DNA of 64,000 nt, from IMG/VR virus record IMGVR_UViG_3300046131_000022, positions 9,146 to 73,145 of that record. The stretch is one strand, 5' to 3'. Source of the DNA: a virus. Its lineage: Duplodnaviria > Caudoviricetes. Below, in pieces: positions 8,866-18,130 of this stretch. A model generated the notes under the pieces. That model saw nothing but the letters and a program-made list of their open reading frames with translations. It did no database searches and was not told the DNA's origin. Every line of letters begins with the position of its first letter. The first letter of the stretch is position 1. The position numbers and the translations under genes are program-made.

Positions 8866-9183
8866 ATGAACTCACTTAAATTAAGACAAAAGTACAAAAA
8901 ATTTAACCCTCAAGGGTATTTTTTTGAAGCTGAAACAATGCGCTTTTGGAAATCTAAAGTTGAACATATTCTCACTGAACGCCACGATGGATGTATTTTC
9001 TTCATGACAAGTGAAGACTCTTGGGCAAAAGAACCAGTAAGTAAATTTACGCTTCGTGTATTAATTCCTAAAGAAAATGGTGGAATCACTACATTAGCTG
9101 CACAAGCTTTTGAAAAAGAATTTCGTGAAGAAGCGATTGAAGCTTTGAAAGAATATAAGAAAACATTTGTTTTGGAGAAATAA
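8866..9183 (+). CDS. Conserved phage hypothetical protein
   Basis: GYFFEAETMRFWKS motif seen in phage early proteins; AAGGA RBS. Confidence 0.7.
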   Translation: MNSLKLRQKYKKFNPQGYFFEAETMRFWKSKVEHILTERHDGCIFFMTSEDSWAKEPVSKFTLRVLIPKENGGITTLAAQAFEKEFREEAIEALKEYKKTFVLEK

Positions 9184-9184
9184 T

Positions 9185-9694
9185 ATGTTGACCGAAGATC
9201 AAAAATTTAAGGGAAATCTCCGTGATTCACGTAAAGCAATTGAAATGTTCAATCGCTTAAAAAACGATGGACGTATTCGAGCAATCAATCACCGTAAAGA
9301 TCCAATAGATAGTAACTTCTACGTTGACTTAGCTTTTGAACACATCAAAAATGGTAAAACAGAATTTACCATTTATGCTGATAAAGTCATGTTGTGCGAT
9401 TGGTTCGATGTAGGTGAAGCTTTGTTTTATGCTTATAAAGATCACCCACTTTCAACTCGTAAAGGGGAACCACCAAGTTTTTATCTACGCAAAAACACGC
9501 TCAACAAATTAAAAACGTTCACGATTGCGGAACAAAGCAAACACACATGGACACGATTCCCTTTTAAATTTGCCGAAGCATTGCTTTCTTCAGAATATGT
9601 TAAAGTGAACTATTCTAATCGTGAAGCTGAAAACACAACCTTTCAATACTGTGACTATTTTGAAATTAGTATTGTAGATCCTGACCAGGAATAA
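9185..9694 (+). CDS. Hypothetical protein
   Basis: ATG at 9185 with GGAG upstream; same frame as track ORF 9167. Confidence 0.7.
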   Translation: MLTEDQKFKGNLRDSRKAIEMFNRLKNDGRIRAINHRKDPIDSNFYVDLAFEHIKNGKTEFTIYADKVMLCDWFDVGEALFYAYKDHPLSTRKGEPPSFYLRKNTLNKLKTFTIAEQSKHTWTRFPFKFAEALLSSEYVKVNYSNREAENTTFQYCDYFEISIVDPDQE

Positions 9695-9719
9695 CCTTAA
9701 ACCAGATAGAGGAATTGAA

Positions 9720-10073
9720 ATGTTTTCTGAACCAGAATATGACCACCGAGGATGGATTACACCAGAATCGAGAACAAAGCTTACTGCTGAAGCTGACAAA
9801 ATTGATTTAACCAATAAGTGGGTTTTAATTATTGATGGAAGCTCTTACACTTATTTCCAAGTGGGTAAAGAAACAAACAAAAAAGTATTTTCTAAAGGTA
9901 GAAACATTCCAACGGAGCGTTTAAAAAAATACGTTTACATGGTGTTTGATACCGAAGAAGAATGTTCAAAACAATACAAATGGTTCCGTGAAAATAAAGA
10001 GCGACAACGAGCTTTACAGGAACAGTTTATAGCATACAGTAATCATTACAGAAACTATTTCCACTTTGGGTAA
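9720..10073 (+). CDS. Hypothetical protein
   Basis: 117-aa ORF, GAGGA RBS. Confidence 0.7.
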   Translation: MFSEPEYDHRGWITPESRTKLTAEADKIDLTNKWVLIIDGSSYTYFQVGKETNKKVFSKGRNIPTERLKKYVYMVFDTEEECSKQYKWFRENKERQRALQEQFIAYSNHYRNYFHFG

Positions 10074-10076
10074 AGT

Positions 10077-10769
10077 ATGAATTTCTTCGATAAACCAATG
10101 TCCTTAATGCCTGTCAACCCTGACAGCATTAAGGAACAAACAGTGTATCGGGCAAGGCAAGCACTAGATTGGGATGGAAATCAAAATCCCAGTCTTTCTT
10201 TTAGCATTTATTGGTTGAGTCTTGTACGAGAATCTTATCGACAAGCTCAAAAAAAGCACCCAAAAAGCACTGTTAAAAGAGCAATATATTTGAATAAGCA
10301 ATATCCTTATGGTCAAAGCCTGTATCGAAATGCAAGTCGCTTTTTCCGATGGTATTTACAAAGAACAGAAGGTTTACTGATTGGCGATCCAACAGGAAAT
10401 TATTTCCAACCAATCAATACAAAGGATGATGATTTAATAAGCCCACATCCCCAACCAAACGCTCTTGCTGACGCATTTACACTAACCTTGCTACGATACT
10501 ACATGAAGCCACCTGCTATTCGTTTAACGAGAAAAGAGACAGGTTACGGCTTCATTAAAATGACTGTTCCAAGTTATGTAACACTATCGCAAATAGAGAA
10601 ACATAAATGGAATAAAAACAAACAAACCCAAATCTCAGGTTATTTAACTGATGAAATAATTAAAGAATTTATTCGCTCAGAAATCGGGATTTATCTTAAA
10701 CAATATGAAAACTCAATGGATGAACGATATGTTCGTTTATTAAAGGAAAAAATAGGAATTTATTTATGA
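10077..10769 (+). CDS. Hypothetical basic protein
   Basis: 230-aa ORF tightly coupled to neighbours. Confidence 0.7.
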   Translation: MNFFDKPMSLMPVNPDSIKEQTVYRARQALDWDGNQNPSLSFSIYWLSLVRESYRQAQKKHPKSTVKRAIYLNKQYPYGQSLYRNASRFFRWYLQRTEGLLIGDPTGNYFQPINTKDDDLISPHPQPNALADAFTLTLLRYYMKPPAIRLTRKETGYGFIKMTVPSYVTLSQIEKHKWNKNKQTQISGYLTDEIIKEFIRSEIGIYLKQYENSMDERYVRLLKEKIGIYL

Positions 10770-11359
10770 ACTTTTTTGAAGAAAACGTTACAAAAAGACT
10801 TTTTGATACTCGCCCTGAAGCAGTAATCGTGAAACAGTTGAATGATGAAACTGTAGGTCGATATAAATATATCACACTAGCAAATGGACTAAATTTCCAA
10901 GTCACTTCTGTAGAAGTAAGCGAAAATGGTTTAACACTAATAAACTTAATGCGTTTTAATAAGTTAAGAAATGAAACAACCTATTCATCAATTATTACAG
11001 ATGAGGAAGGTTTTTATCTACCAAATAAAGAAGCCTCAAGCAATGACATTGTTAAATTTTCAACAGAAAACGAAGCTTGGAAAACACAAGCAGGTTTAAA
11101 AAATGAAGCTCGAACAGATTTTGACTTAACCAAGTTAAACCCCAACAAAATTATCAAAATCCAAGTCAGAAGCGGTAACTGGTTCACTTTAAAAGGTGTT
11201 TATCAACACAATAACAGTGACAAAATTACATTAAACCTATTCTTTTTAGGTGCAGAGTCCCGACCACGTAATCGAGATTATTACTTAAATGGTAAAGATT
11301 ATTCAGAAAACAAAAAACAATTCAGTCCTTATGACATTATGCGAATTGTTGAACAGTAA
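10766..11359 (+). CDS. Hypothetical protein
   Basis: 197-aa ORF, ATGA overlap, AGGA RBS. Confidence 0.7.
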   Translation: MNFFEENVTKRLFDTRPEAVIVKQLNDETVGRYKYITLANGLNFQVTSVEVSENGLTLINLMRFNKLRNETTYSSIITDEEGFYLPNKEASSNDIVKFSTENEAWKTQAGLKNEARTDFDLTKLNPNKIIKIQVRSGNWFTLKGVYQHNNSDKITLNLFFLGAESRPRNRDYYLNGKDYSENKKQFSPYDIMRIVEQ

Positions 11360-11370
11360 AGGATAAAATT

Positions 11371-11625
11371 TTGAACCAAATTCAAAAACAGAACCAACAA
11401 CAATATCCATACACCGAAGCTGCCAAAATGCTTCGGGAGGGTGTTATTCAAACCTTCGCCTGGTGTTTTGAAGATAAGGAGGAAGCGGAAAAGGCTCGTA
11501 AAGCTATCAATATGGCTTTATTGAGACAAGAATTAAATACAGAATTTACTGTGTCCGTTGTGTCTGCAGTAAAAAATAACCTAACTCAAATCATTCATTT
11601 TGTTTACGTCGAAAAAACGATTTAA
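11371..11625 (+). CDS. Hypothetical protein
   Basis: 84-aa ORF, TTG start, AAGGA RBS. Confidence 0.6.
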   Translation: MNQIQKQNQQQYPYTEAAKMLREGVIQTFAWCFEDKEEAEKARKAINMALLRQELNTEFTVSVVSAVKNNLTQIIHFVYVEKTI

Positions 11626-11645
11626 AAATAAACAAAAGCTGAATG

Positions 11646-11678
11646 TAAGTGTAAGTTAAGTTTAAGTTAAGTGTAAGT
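11646..11678 (+). repeat. Three tandem 11-mers TAAGT(G/T)TAAGT
   Basis: TAAGTGTAAGT-TAAGTTTAAGT-TAAGTGTAAGT in intergenic DNA. Confidence 0.8.
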
Positions 11679-11715
11679 AAATCGAACATAAATCCAGTTA
11701 AATTAGGAATTAAAT

Positions 11716-12828
11716 ATGAACAGTAACATCCATTATTTTGAAAAAACAAACTATGCAATTTTAATTGAAGAAGATGAAAGACCCTACAGCAATTTGCGAG
11801 AATATTCTGATTTTGATGATGACTCAATATCACATGTAGGTTTTAAAAACGTTGGTATTGACCCAACAGTGTTTACAGGTGAAACACAACTGTTTTCAAA
11901 AATGGACACAGTAATGGAAGAACCTTATGAATTATTAGACGGTGGTTTCCAAGAATGGGTCAACCTTTGGGAAAAAACTAAAGTTCTTTTGAAAGATACA
12001 CATGATTTTTCAGAGCAACATGTAGATTATGATACTGCAGCAGTCACAGTTTTTGAAAATTATTGGCAAGAATTATTAAATTCACATGTTGAATTTATTG
12101 AGCAAGGTACTGAACAAGATTTTAAAGAACTTTGCACTAATGTAGAAAATTCCTTATATTTGAAAGAGTTAAAATTCTTCTATGGTTTTGAGTATGGATT
12201 ATTTCAAAAGTATCTCGAAGATGAGTTAAACGAAAAACAAATTGAAGAATTTAAGAAACAATATTGCGAACATGTTAAAAACTTTAAAGTTAAAAACGTA
12301 ACTGATTTAGATAATGTTTGTGATTACTTCCTACGAGGTGACTTCGACACTTGGGGTTTTGAAAATTCTTTTATGCTTCCTGATCCAGACATTTTAAACA
12401 AAGCACTGAACAGTTACCAAGATTTCTGTGTGAACCTAAATCCATATTTAGAATGGGGTTATTTAGGGGATTCATGGAAAAATTTTAGAATCATAGACGC
12501 TGATGACTTCGATAACTCAAACTGTATCATTATTGCAACAAAACCAAATGGTTATAGAAACGTATTAAGTGGTGTAAACCAATACTTAGAAGGTGAATGG
12601 TTCTGGGGCGAGGTCTATTACGCTGTCCCAAAAAATGACTTGTGGAAGTATTCAGATCAAGCCGAATACGATGCTCGTTTTGAAGCATTCGTCATTAACA
12701 CCAACGAAAGTTGTGGAGGTTTTGAAGCAGAAGAAGCTGTTAAAGAGCATTTTGAATACTACAAAACAGCAGAAGCTCCAAAATTTAAATTAAATTATCA
12801 ACGTTTAGGAACAGTAAAAACTGTTTAA
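11716..12828 (+). CDS. Large acidic hypothetical protein
   Basis: 370 aa, D/E- and aromatic-rich; AGGA RBS. Confidence 0.8.
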   Translation: MNSNIHYFEKTNYAILIEEDERPYSNLREYSDFDDDSISHVGFKNVGIDPTVFTGETQLFSKMDTVMEEPYELLDGGFQEWVNLWEKTKVLLKDTHDFSEQHVDYDTAAVTVFENYWQELLNSHVEFIEQGTEQDFKELCTNVENSLYLKELKFFYGFEYGLFQKYLEDELNEKQIEEFKKQYCEHVKNFKVKNVTDLDNVCDYFLRGDFDTWGFENSFMLPDPDILNKALNSYQDFCVNLNPYLEWGYLGDSWKNFRIIDADDFDNSNCIIIATKPNGYRNVLSGVNQYLEGEWFWGEVYYAVPKNDLWKYSDQAEYDARFEAFVINTNESCGGFEAEEAVKEHFEYYKTAEAPKFKLNYQRLGTVKTV

Positions 12829-12896
12829 ACGTTAAAGTAACAAACCAAAGTAACAAACTCATTTAATTAAACACCTAAACAGGTAAAGAGGAAATC

Positions 12897-13577
12897 ATGA
12901 AAAAATCAAACTTGAAAATGACTGCAGAAACTTTCAATAACCTACCAAACTATTTTGAACTTGCGCTTAACTATGGTGTAAGCCGAGGGCAAGACACCTA
13001 TGGATGGAATACTGTAACCCTGACAGAAGTGGTCGGAAACTCCAAAAAATACCGTGAATGTGGTGGAGGTTACGACATGATTGGTTCAGTATTCGGGCAA
13101 TTTATTCAACATAACTTCACCGAAGCCTTGGAACAAGTTGTGGACCACGGACAGGATTATTACGGTTTAACAAGCCCACAAGGAAAATTACGAATTGATG
13201 GTGCATGTGGTTTTGAATGTATGGAAAAAATTGTTAAAAATTTACTTGGTTATGAAGTTTCTTATGAATATAAGCGAGACCGTAAAGGGCGACCACAACA
13301 TAAAACAGCGATCAAATTAACCAAGAAAAATTTACCTGAAGGTGTTCGTTTATTAACAGAAAAACAAGTTTTAAATAAACCAGTTTTTAACGTTAATAAA
13401 ATTTACGGTTATGTTTCAGAACTATTTTTTCGAGGAGACATTACTGCTGCAGCAGTAGGTTACTACATTAAGAAAAATCCAGAAGGTAAATATATTGCCT
13501 TACTGGGACATTCAAACATGTGGTATCTACAAAAAGTACCTGCCAAAATGATTAAGGAAGCTTTAGGGAGTGATTAA
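12897..13577 (+). CDS. Conserved phage hypothetical protein
   Basis: CGGGYDMIG motif; GAGGA RBS. Confidence 0.75.
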   Translation: MKKSNLKMTAETFNNLPNYFELALNYGVSRGQDTYGWNTVTLTEVVGNSKKYRECGGGYDMIGSVFGQFIQHNFTEALEQVVDHGQDYYGLTSPQGKLRIDGACGFECMEKIVKNLLGYEVSYEYKRDRKGRPQHKTAIKLTKKNLPEGVRLLTEKQVLNKPVFNVNKIYGYVSELFFRGDITAAAVGYYIKKNPEGKYIALLGHSNMWYLQKVPAKMIKEALGSD

Positions 13578-13770
13578 TATGTCAAAAGTAGAGGATAAAT
13601 TAACCAACTTTGGAACCAAAGTTGATTTTTCTGAGTTAAGAAAAAACTTAATTGTTAGTAAAGAAGCAGGTATAGGTTTTAGGAAACACTTTTTAAAACT
13701 GAATTTAGAAAAAACAAACCAAAAAGGTTTGGAAATTAACAAAAGCTCAACGATATATTTAATAGAGTAA
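13570..13770 (+). CDS. Small basic hypothetical protein
   Basis: 66-aa ORF, GGGAG RBS (ATG 13579 possible). Confidence 0.55.
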   Translation: MINMSKVEDKLTNFGTKVDFSELRKNLIVSKEAGIGFRKHFLKLNLEKTNQKGLEINKSSTIYLIE

Positions 13771-13795
13771 AGCAAACACTAAATAGGTAGAGTAT

Positions 13796-14275
13796 ATGCG
13801 TGTAACCTTAATGACCGATGCTTCTGTTTGTTCACAAACAGGGGCAGGGGGTTTCGGAATGTGGGTGGTGTCGGAAAGAGGTAAAATGCCTTACGGTGGT
13901 TCTTTCCAACAACTCACCTCAGATAGTTTAATCGGAGAATTAAGAGCTGCAGTCAACTCTTTGGCTGTTTCTTTAAATCATAAGATGATTCAAAATAATG
14001 ATTTCGTCTTGATCCAATTAGACAACACTTCTGTAGTTGATTTACTGAATGGTAAAGTAGCAAAACGACTCGACACAATCGAAGCAATGGAAAAATTCCA
14101 TTTGTTGGTGAAAGCCTATAATTTGAAGATAAAAGCTCGACATGTTAAAGGGCACAGCAGTAAAAAAGATAATAGATATGTATCTAACAATTGCTGTGAT
14201 TTTCGAGCCAAACAAGGTATGCGACAACGCAGAGCCGAATTATTGGCAGGTGTCAACGCCTTCACTAAAGAATAG
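13796..14275 (+). CDS. rnhA: Ribonuclease HI
   Basis: MTDAS (D10), GELRAA (E48), QLDN (D70), HVKGH, NxxCD (D134) match RNase HI catalytic motifs. Confidence 0.85.
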   Translation: MRVTLMTDASVCSQTGAGGFGMWVVSERGKMPYGGSFQQLTSDSLIGELRAAVNSLAVSLNHKMIQNNDFVLIQLDNTSVVDLLNGKVAKRLDTIEAMEKFHLLVKAYNLKIKARHVKGHSSKKDNRYVSNNCCDFRAKQGMRQRRAELLAGVNAFTKE

Positions 14276-14333
14276 TAACTACTAAAGTGTTTACTGAAGA
14301 ACATTAGTTAACAAATAAATTGAGGAAATTCAA

Positions 14334-14732
14334 ATGATTAACGTAGATATTTTAGATGTATATACGTCAAACATGGAACTACACCCACAAGTTTTAATTA
14401 AATTAAAACAACATGCTTTAGGAAATCACATATCTAATGGTTTGAATTTTTCAGAGGAAAACACCACAGAGGATTACTACGAGGATGCAGCATTAATATT
14501 TAACCACATGTTGCAGAAAGTAGATCACCTTACAAGTGAAGAACAATTTGAAGAACTTTGGATGAATTTCACAGGAACCGAACCTGTAAAATGGCAACCT
14601 TTTGAAAATTACACATGGGCAAAACTTTGGGCTATGATTGTTGAAGAATATCACAACCTAAAAAATTTAGCTGAATCAGTAATTGCCCTCCAAAATTTAG
14701 GACCAGTACAAGGACTTTTAAAAGATGTCTAA
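14334..14732 (+). CDS. Acidic hypothetical protein
   Basis: 132-aa ORF, GAGGA RBS. Confidence 0.7.
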   Translation: MINVDILDVYTSNMELHPQVLIKLKQHALGNHISNGLNFSEENTTEDYYEDAALIFNHMLQKVDHLTSEEQFEELWMNFTGTEPVKWQPFENYTWAKLWAMIVEEYHNLKNLAESVIALQNLGPVQGLLKDV

Positions 14733-15066
14733 ACGAAAAACAAATGTTTTAAGTGTTTTAGATGTTAAAAAAGTAAAACTCTTTAACAAAACACCATTAG
14801 GTTTAAAACCAATAAATGAACACCCAGAAGGTTTTCAATTTGTTAGAAAACTCATGGGTTATGCCTTAAATTCAGCCAGACATGGAGGTGTGAACTTAAC
14901 TGAGTGGAGCCACTTAGAAATAGATTTTTACACCGAAAATGGTTTAGATATGGCTGACGTTCATTTTATGCTGAATGATGAAAAGGTTAATTTTTCGGTA
15001 TTAGGAATTATATTCCACAACCAAAAAATCTTTTCATTTGAGTGTATCGGGATTCAACCAAAATAG
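14725..15066 (+). CDS. Hypothetical protein
   Basis: 113-aa ORF overlapping upstream stop. Confidence 0.65.
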   Translation: MSKRKTNVLSVLDVKKVKLFNKTPLGLKPINEHPEGFQFVRKLMGYALNSARHGGVNLTEWSHLEIDFYTENGLDMADVHFMLNDEKVNFSVLGIIFHNQKIFSFECIGIQPK

Positions 15067-15068
15067 AG

Positions 15069-15097
15069 TTGACAAAATAAACAAAGATCAGTAATTT
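15069..15097 (+). promoter_or_regulatory. Sigma70-type promoter
   Basis: TTGACA-17 bp-TAATTT; 13-bp stem (15106-18/15149-61) begins near +1. Confidence 0.7.
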
Positions 15098-15216
15098 AAA
15101 ACCCTAAAGCCCCAAAGTTTAAATCAAAGCAACCACAAGCGGAAATTTACTTTGGGGCTTTCATTAACCAAAGCAAAAGCTTAATATTTAAGCTCAACCC
15201 AAAAAGGAAACTCAAA

Positions 15217-15597
15217 ATGAGTAAACCAACAAGTATTCCAGATTTCATGTCCTCTTTAGGTGCAGGTGTTACTGAACAAATCATGGCTAAGGTCTTAACG
15301 GACACAGCAATGGCAGTATTGGTACACGGTGGAAAGCGCAACGGTAAAGTTACATTAGAACTTACTTTAGATAAAATGTCTGAAGATTCAGACGTAGGTG
15401 TTAAAGTAAACGCTAAGTTGGCTTATAAAATGCCAACGGCTAAAGGTTCTAAACAGGAAGATGAAGTTCGTGAAAGCGTATTCTTTATCGACCCACAAAA
15501 AGGGTTAGTGGATACACCACCTAAAACTAAAAAAGATGATGTTCACCCAAGCTTAGATTCAGCAATGCCAGCAGGTGTTGGGTTCCATAGCAGCTAA
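15217..15597 (+). CDS. YfdP-like prophage protein
   Basis: G...I..VL...AMAVLVHGGKRNGKVTLEL...K.P resembles CPS-53 YfdP family; adjacent to DUF2303 gene. Confidence 0.65.
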   Translation: MSKPTSIPDFMSSLGAGVTEQIMAKVLTDTAMAVLVHGGKRNGKVTLELTLDKMSEDSDVGVKVNAKLAYKMPTAKGSKQEDEVRESVFFIDPQKGLVDTPPKTKKDDVHPSLDSAMPAGVGFHSS

Positions 15598-15604
15598 ATA
15601 AACC

Positions 15605-15642
15605 AAACAAAATAAATAAAACCTCACAAGAGGTTTTATTTA
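15605..15642 (+). terminator. Intrinsic terminator
   Basis: AATAAAACCTC-ACAA-GAGGTTTTATT hairpin at about 15616-15641. Confidence 0.55.
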
Positions 15643-15688
15643 TACTCAAACTTTAACAATCAAATTTTTAACCAAATGGATATAAATC

Positions 15689-16558
15689 ATGTCTTATACT
15701 GAAGCAACAGCAAGTTTAGAAGCATTAGCAAACAACAATTATGAGTTTGCAAACAATTACAATGATCTTGAATTACAAGGTGGCGTAGTTTTACACAAAG
15801 ATTTTGAAATTGTTCACCCTATGGAAGAACTAGAAGCAGTACGAAATCGCTTCCGTGGAAAATTCCACACACAAGACATTCCATCATATTTTAAATATGT
15901 AAAAGATCGTCAAAGTGAAACAGGTTCAGAAATTGATCGTACATTCGTAAATGCTGAAAACGCTAATCGTGAACTTATCGCAAAAACAATCTTAAACTTT
16001 GGTGAATATGCTCAACCAGGTCATGGTGATGATCAAGCAATTTTAAGTCTACGCAAAGATCCTATTTTTGAAGCTTTCTTAGACAATACCGCAGGTCGTT
16101 TAAAAGCAACTGACTTTGCCGAAGTGCTTGAAGATTTCTTAGGATCAGTAAAAGTTGAAGCCTTCAACAATGGTTCAGAAATTGGTTTTACTAAGGCGAT
16201 TCAAGCAATTCGTAATGCTAAAATTGACAAAAACAGCAGCTCAACACTAAACACTGGTGCGTTGAATTACGAAGCTTCCGACATGGAAAAAATTGCAATT
16301 AAAGCACAAGAACACACACTACCTACTGAATTTGTGTTAGATACTCCAATTTATTTAGGCTTAGATGTTCAAAAAGTATCCTTCCGTGTGGCGACAGTGT
16401 TTAAAGAAAAAGAAAACAATGGTGGTATGGAAGCATTTTATCATTTAAAACCAATTGGTCTTCTTTCACATTATTTAGAAGCTGCAGAAGACTTCCGTGA
16501 AAAAATTTCAGCAGTGCTGGATAATGTTTCTATTGGGCAGTATATTCAAGGTAAATAA
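15689..16558 (+). CDS. DUF2303 (YfdQ-like) protein
   Basis: RNRFRGKFHT...AKTILNFG...PGHGDDQAIL...FAEVLED pattern of YfdQ family; paired with YfdP-like gene. Confidence 0.75.
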   Translation: MSYTEATASLEALANNNYEFANNYNDLELQGGVVLHKDFEIVHPMEELEAVRNRFRGKFHTQDIPSYFKYVKDRQSETGSEIDRTFVNAENANRELIAKTILNFGEYAQPGHGDDQAILSLRKDPIFEAFLDNTAGRLKATDFAEVLEDFLGSVKVEAFNNGSEIGFTKAIQAIRNAKIDKNSSSTLNTGALNYEASDMEKIAIKAQEHTLPTEFVLDTPIYLGLDVQKVSFRVATVFKEKENNGGMEAFYHLKPIGLLSHYLEAAEDFREKISAVLDNVSIGQYIQGK

Positions 16559-16619
16559 TTTAATTAAACAATTTAATTAATTAAATAATTATTTAAATTA
16601 TTAACAAAGTAATTAAAGT

Positions 16620-16648
16620 AAAAACCCAATCAAGAGATTGGGTTTTTA
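16620..16648 (+). terminator. Intrinsic terminator
   Basis: AAAAACCCAATC-AAGA-GATTGGGTTTTT. Confidence 0.75.
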
Positions 16649-16662
16649 CTTATAGGTGAAAA

Positions 16663-17118
16663 ATGATTGAGATAAATAAACCACCAACATTAGTGCAAAT
16701 ATTATATCGAAAACTTTTTCATATAACAGAATTTGCACACAATCAAGTTTATAAAGGTTCTCGAAATAAAAACCGTTATAAACTAACTGAAAATATTTTT
16801 ATTAAGTGGGATGGAGGTTTAATAGATGCCGTTTATGACATAAATAAAAATATAGGTTTAGAAGTTCATTACGATCTGGAAAACACTATGTTGGTGAAAA
16901 CAGATTTAACCAATATGGGACCTAAAGGGTTTTATAACGACGTTACTTATTTAATGGAAGCAGCTATTAAACAGGTAACTGCACCAATAGTTCTAAAGTC
17001 ATATTCTTTATGTAATCAAAACATATTAGATGAAATTCAAATCACTTTTGATACTTTATATCAAAATATTGAAATTAGTAAAAGCAGTAAAAGCAGTAAA
17101 AGCAGTAAAAACAAATAA
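16663..17118 (+). CDS. Hypothetical protein with SKS repeat tail
   Basis: 151 aa; AGTAAAAGC x3 at 17077-17103. Confidence 0.65.
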   Translation: MIEINKPPTLVQILYRKLFHITEFAHNQVYKGSRNKNRYKLTENIFIKWDGGLIDAVYDINKNIGLEVHYDLENTMLVKTDLTNMGPKGFYNDVTYLMEAAIKQVTAPIVLKSYSLCNQNILDEIQITFDTLYQNIEISKSSKSSKSSKNK

Positions 17119-17175
17119 TTCATTCAGTAAAATATTAACTAAATGAATTACTAAACCAACCATGAGGAAATTAAA

Positions 17176-17622
17176 ATGTCAAACATCAATATTGAAACTG
17201 TTAAAAATGAAGTTTTTGAGTTAATTCAAAAAGCAGGTTTAAATAAACCAATTAGTTTTGAAAACCAGAACATGAATTTCAATAAAGCCATAGCTGATTT
17301 AGTTGAGGTACGAGCAAAACTAATAAACGAGTTTTCACCTGTGTTGAATTTATTAGAAACCATTGAAAATCAAATAAAAGACTTAAATCCAGATAAAGGC
17401 GAATATGGATTTAATCGAAAACTTAAAATCACAGAAACACGTTCAAAAATTGTGGACGAACCAAAAGTTTATAATATCTTAACCAACATGGGTGAAGATC
17501 CACTAAATTATTTTAAATTAAAAGTTTCTGATAAGTTGATTTCAGCTTTATTGGATAAAAATAAAGACTTATATCAATTATCAGATAACCCAAGTAAGCG
17601 TTATTCTTACTCATCAAAATAG
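17176..17622 (+). CDS. Hypothetical protein
   Basis: 148 aa, GAGGA RBS. Confidence 0.7.
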   Translation: MSNINIETVKNEVFELIQKAGLNKPISFENQNMNFNKAIADLVEVRAKLINEFSPVLNLLETIENQIKDLNPDKGEYGFNRKLKITETRSKIVDEPKVYNILTNMGEDPLNYFKLKVSDKLISALLDKNKDLYQLSDNPSKRYSYSSK

Positions 17623-17630
17623 GTGTTATT

Positions 17631-17846
17631 ATGATCCCCTTAACAATGGATGATTTACAGACCATTGAAAGTTGGATTCATTTAGTGGTGGAACCAATTA
17701 AGGTTCCATTCACTAACACATACACCAACTATGCAGAAGCCAGAAATGGTCGGGTAAGCTACACAACGAAAGGTTTTTTAATTAATATTTCACCAGAAAC
17801 CTTGGCTAAAATAAGTTCAGGTGAACTTTTGGAGTTAACAATATGA
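17631..17846 (+). CDS. Hypothetical protein
   Basis: 71 aa, AGGTG RBS. Confidence 0.6.
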   Translation: MIPLTMDDLQTIESWIHLVVEPIKVPFTNTYTNYAEARNGRVSYTTKGFLINISPETLAKISSGELLELTI

Positions 17847-18130
17847 TCACAGTGGAAATTTCTCAGGAAATAATAACTTTAGCTTTAATCTTGCTAGTGT
17901 GGTTTCTTGCACCCATATTGATGCAAGTAAATAAATTAATGGTTGGAAAAAATAAACATGACAATGCTTTTTTAATCACTGTTGTTTTAGTTTTATCCAG
18001 TTTATTTATTTTAATTGCAATTATTTTTCGGATTACAGGAAATATATTTGAAAAATTGAGTTTATGGTCGAATAAACTTTATTTAACCATGATGGAGAGT
18101 CTTTTCTCAAATGAACAGAAAAAATCTTGA
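17843..18130 (+). CDS. Two-TM membrane protein
   Basis: Two hydrophobic segments; GGAG RBS; ATGA overlap. Confidence 0.65.
   Translation: MITVEISQEIITLALILLVWFLAPILMQVNKLMVGKNKHDNAFLITVVLVLSSLFILIAIIFRITGNIFEKLSLWSNKLYLTMMESLFSNEQKKS

Noticed and set aside
14334-14732. Ocr-like DNA mimic
   Set aside because: Acidic and of similar size, but no recognisable Ocr or ArdA sequence pattern.
16557-16620. Near-pure AT stretch as origin
   Set aside because: No flanking iterons; more simply an intergenic spacer before a terminator.
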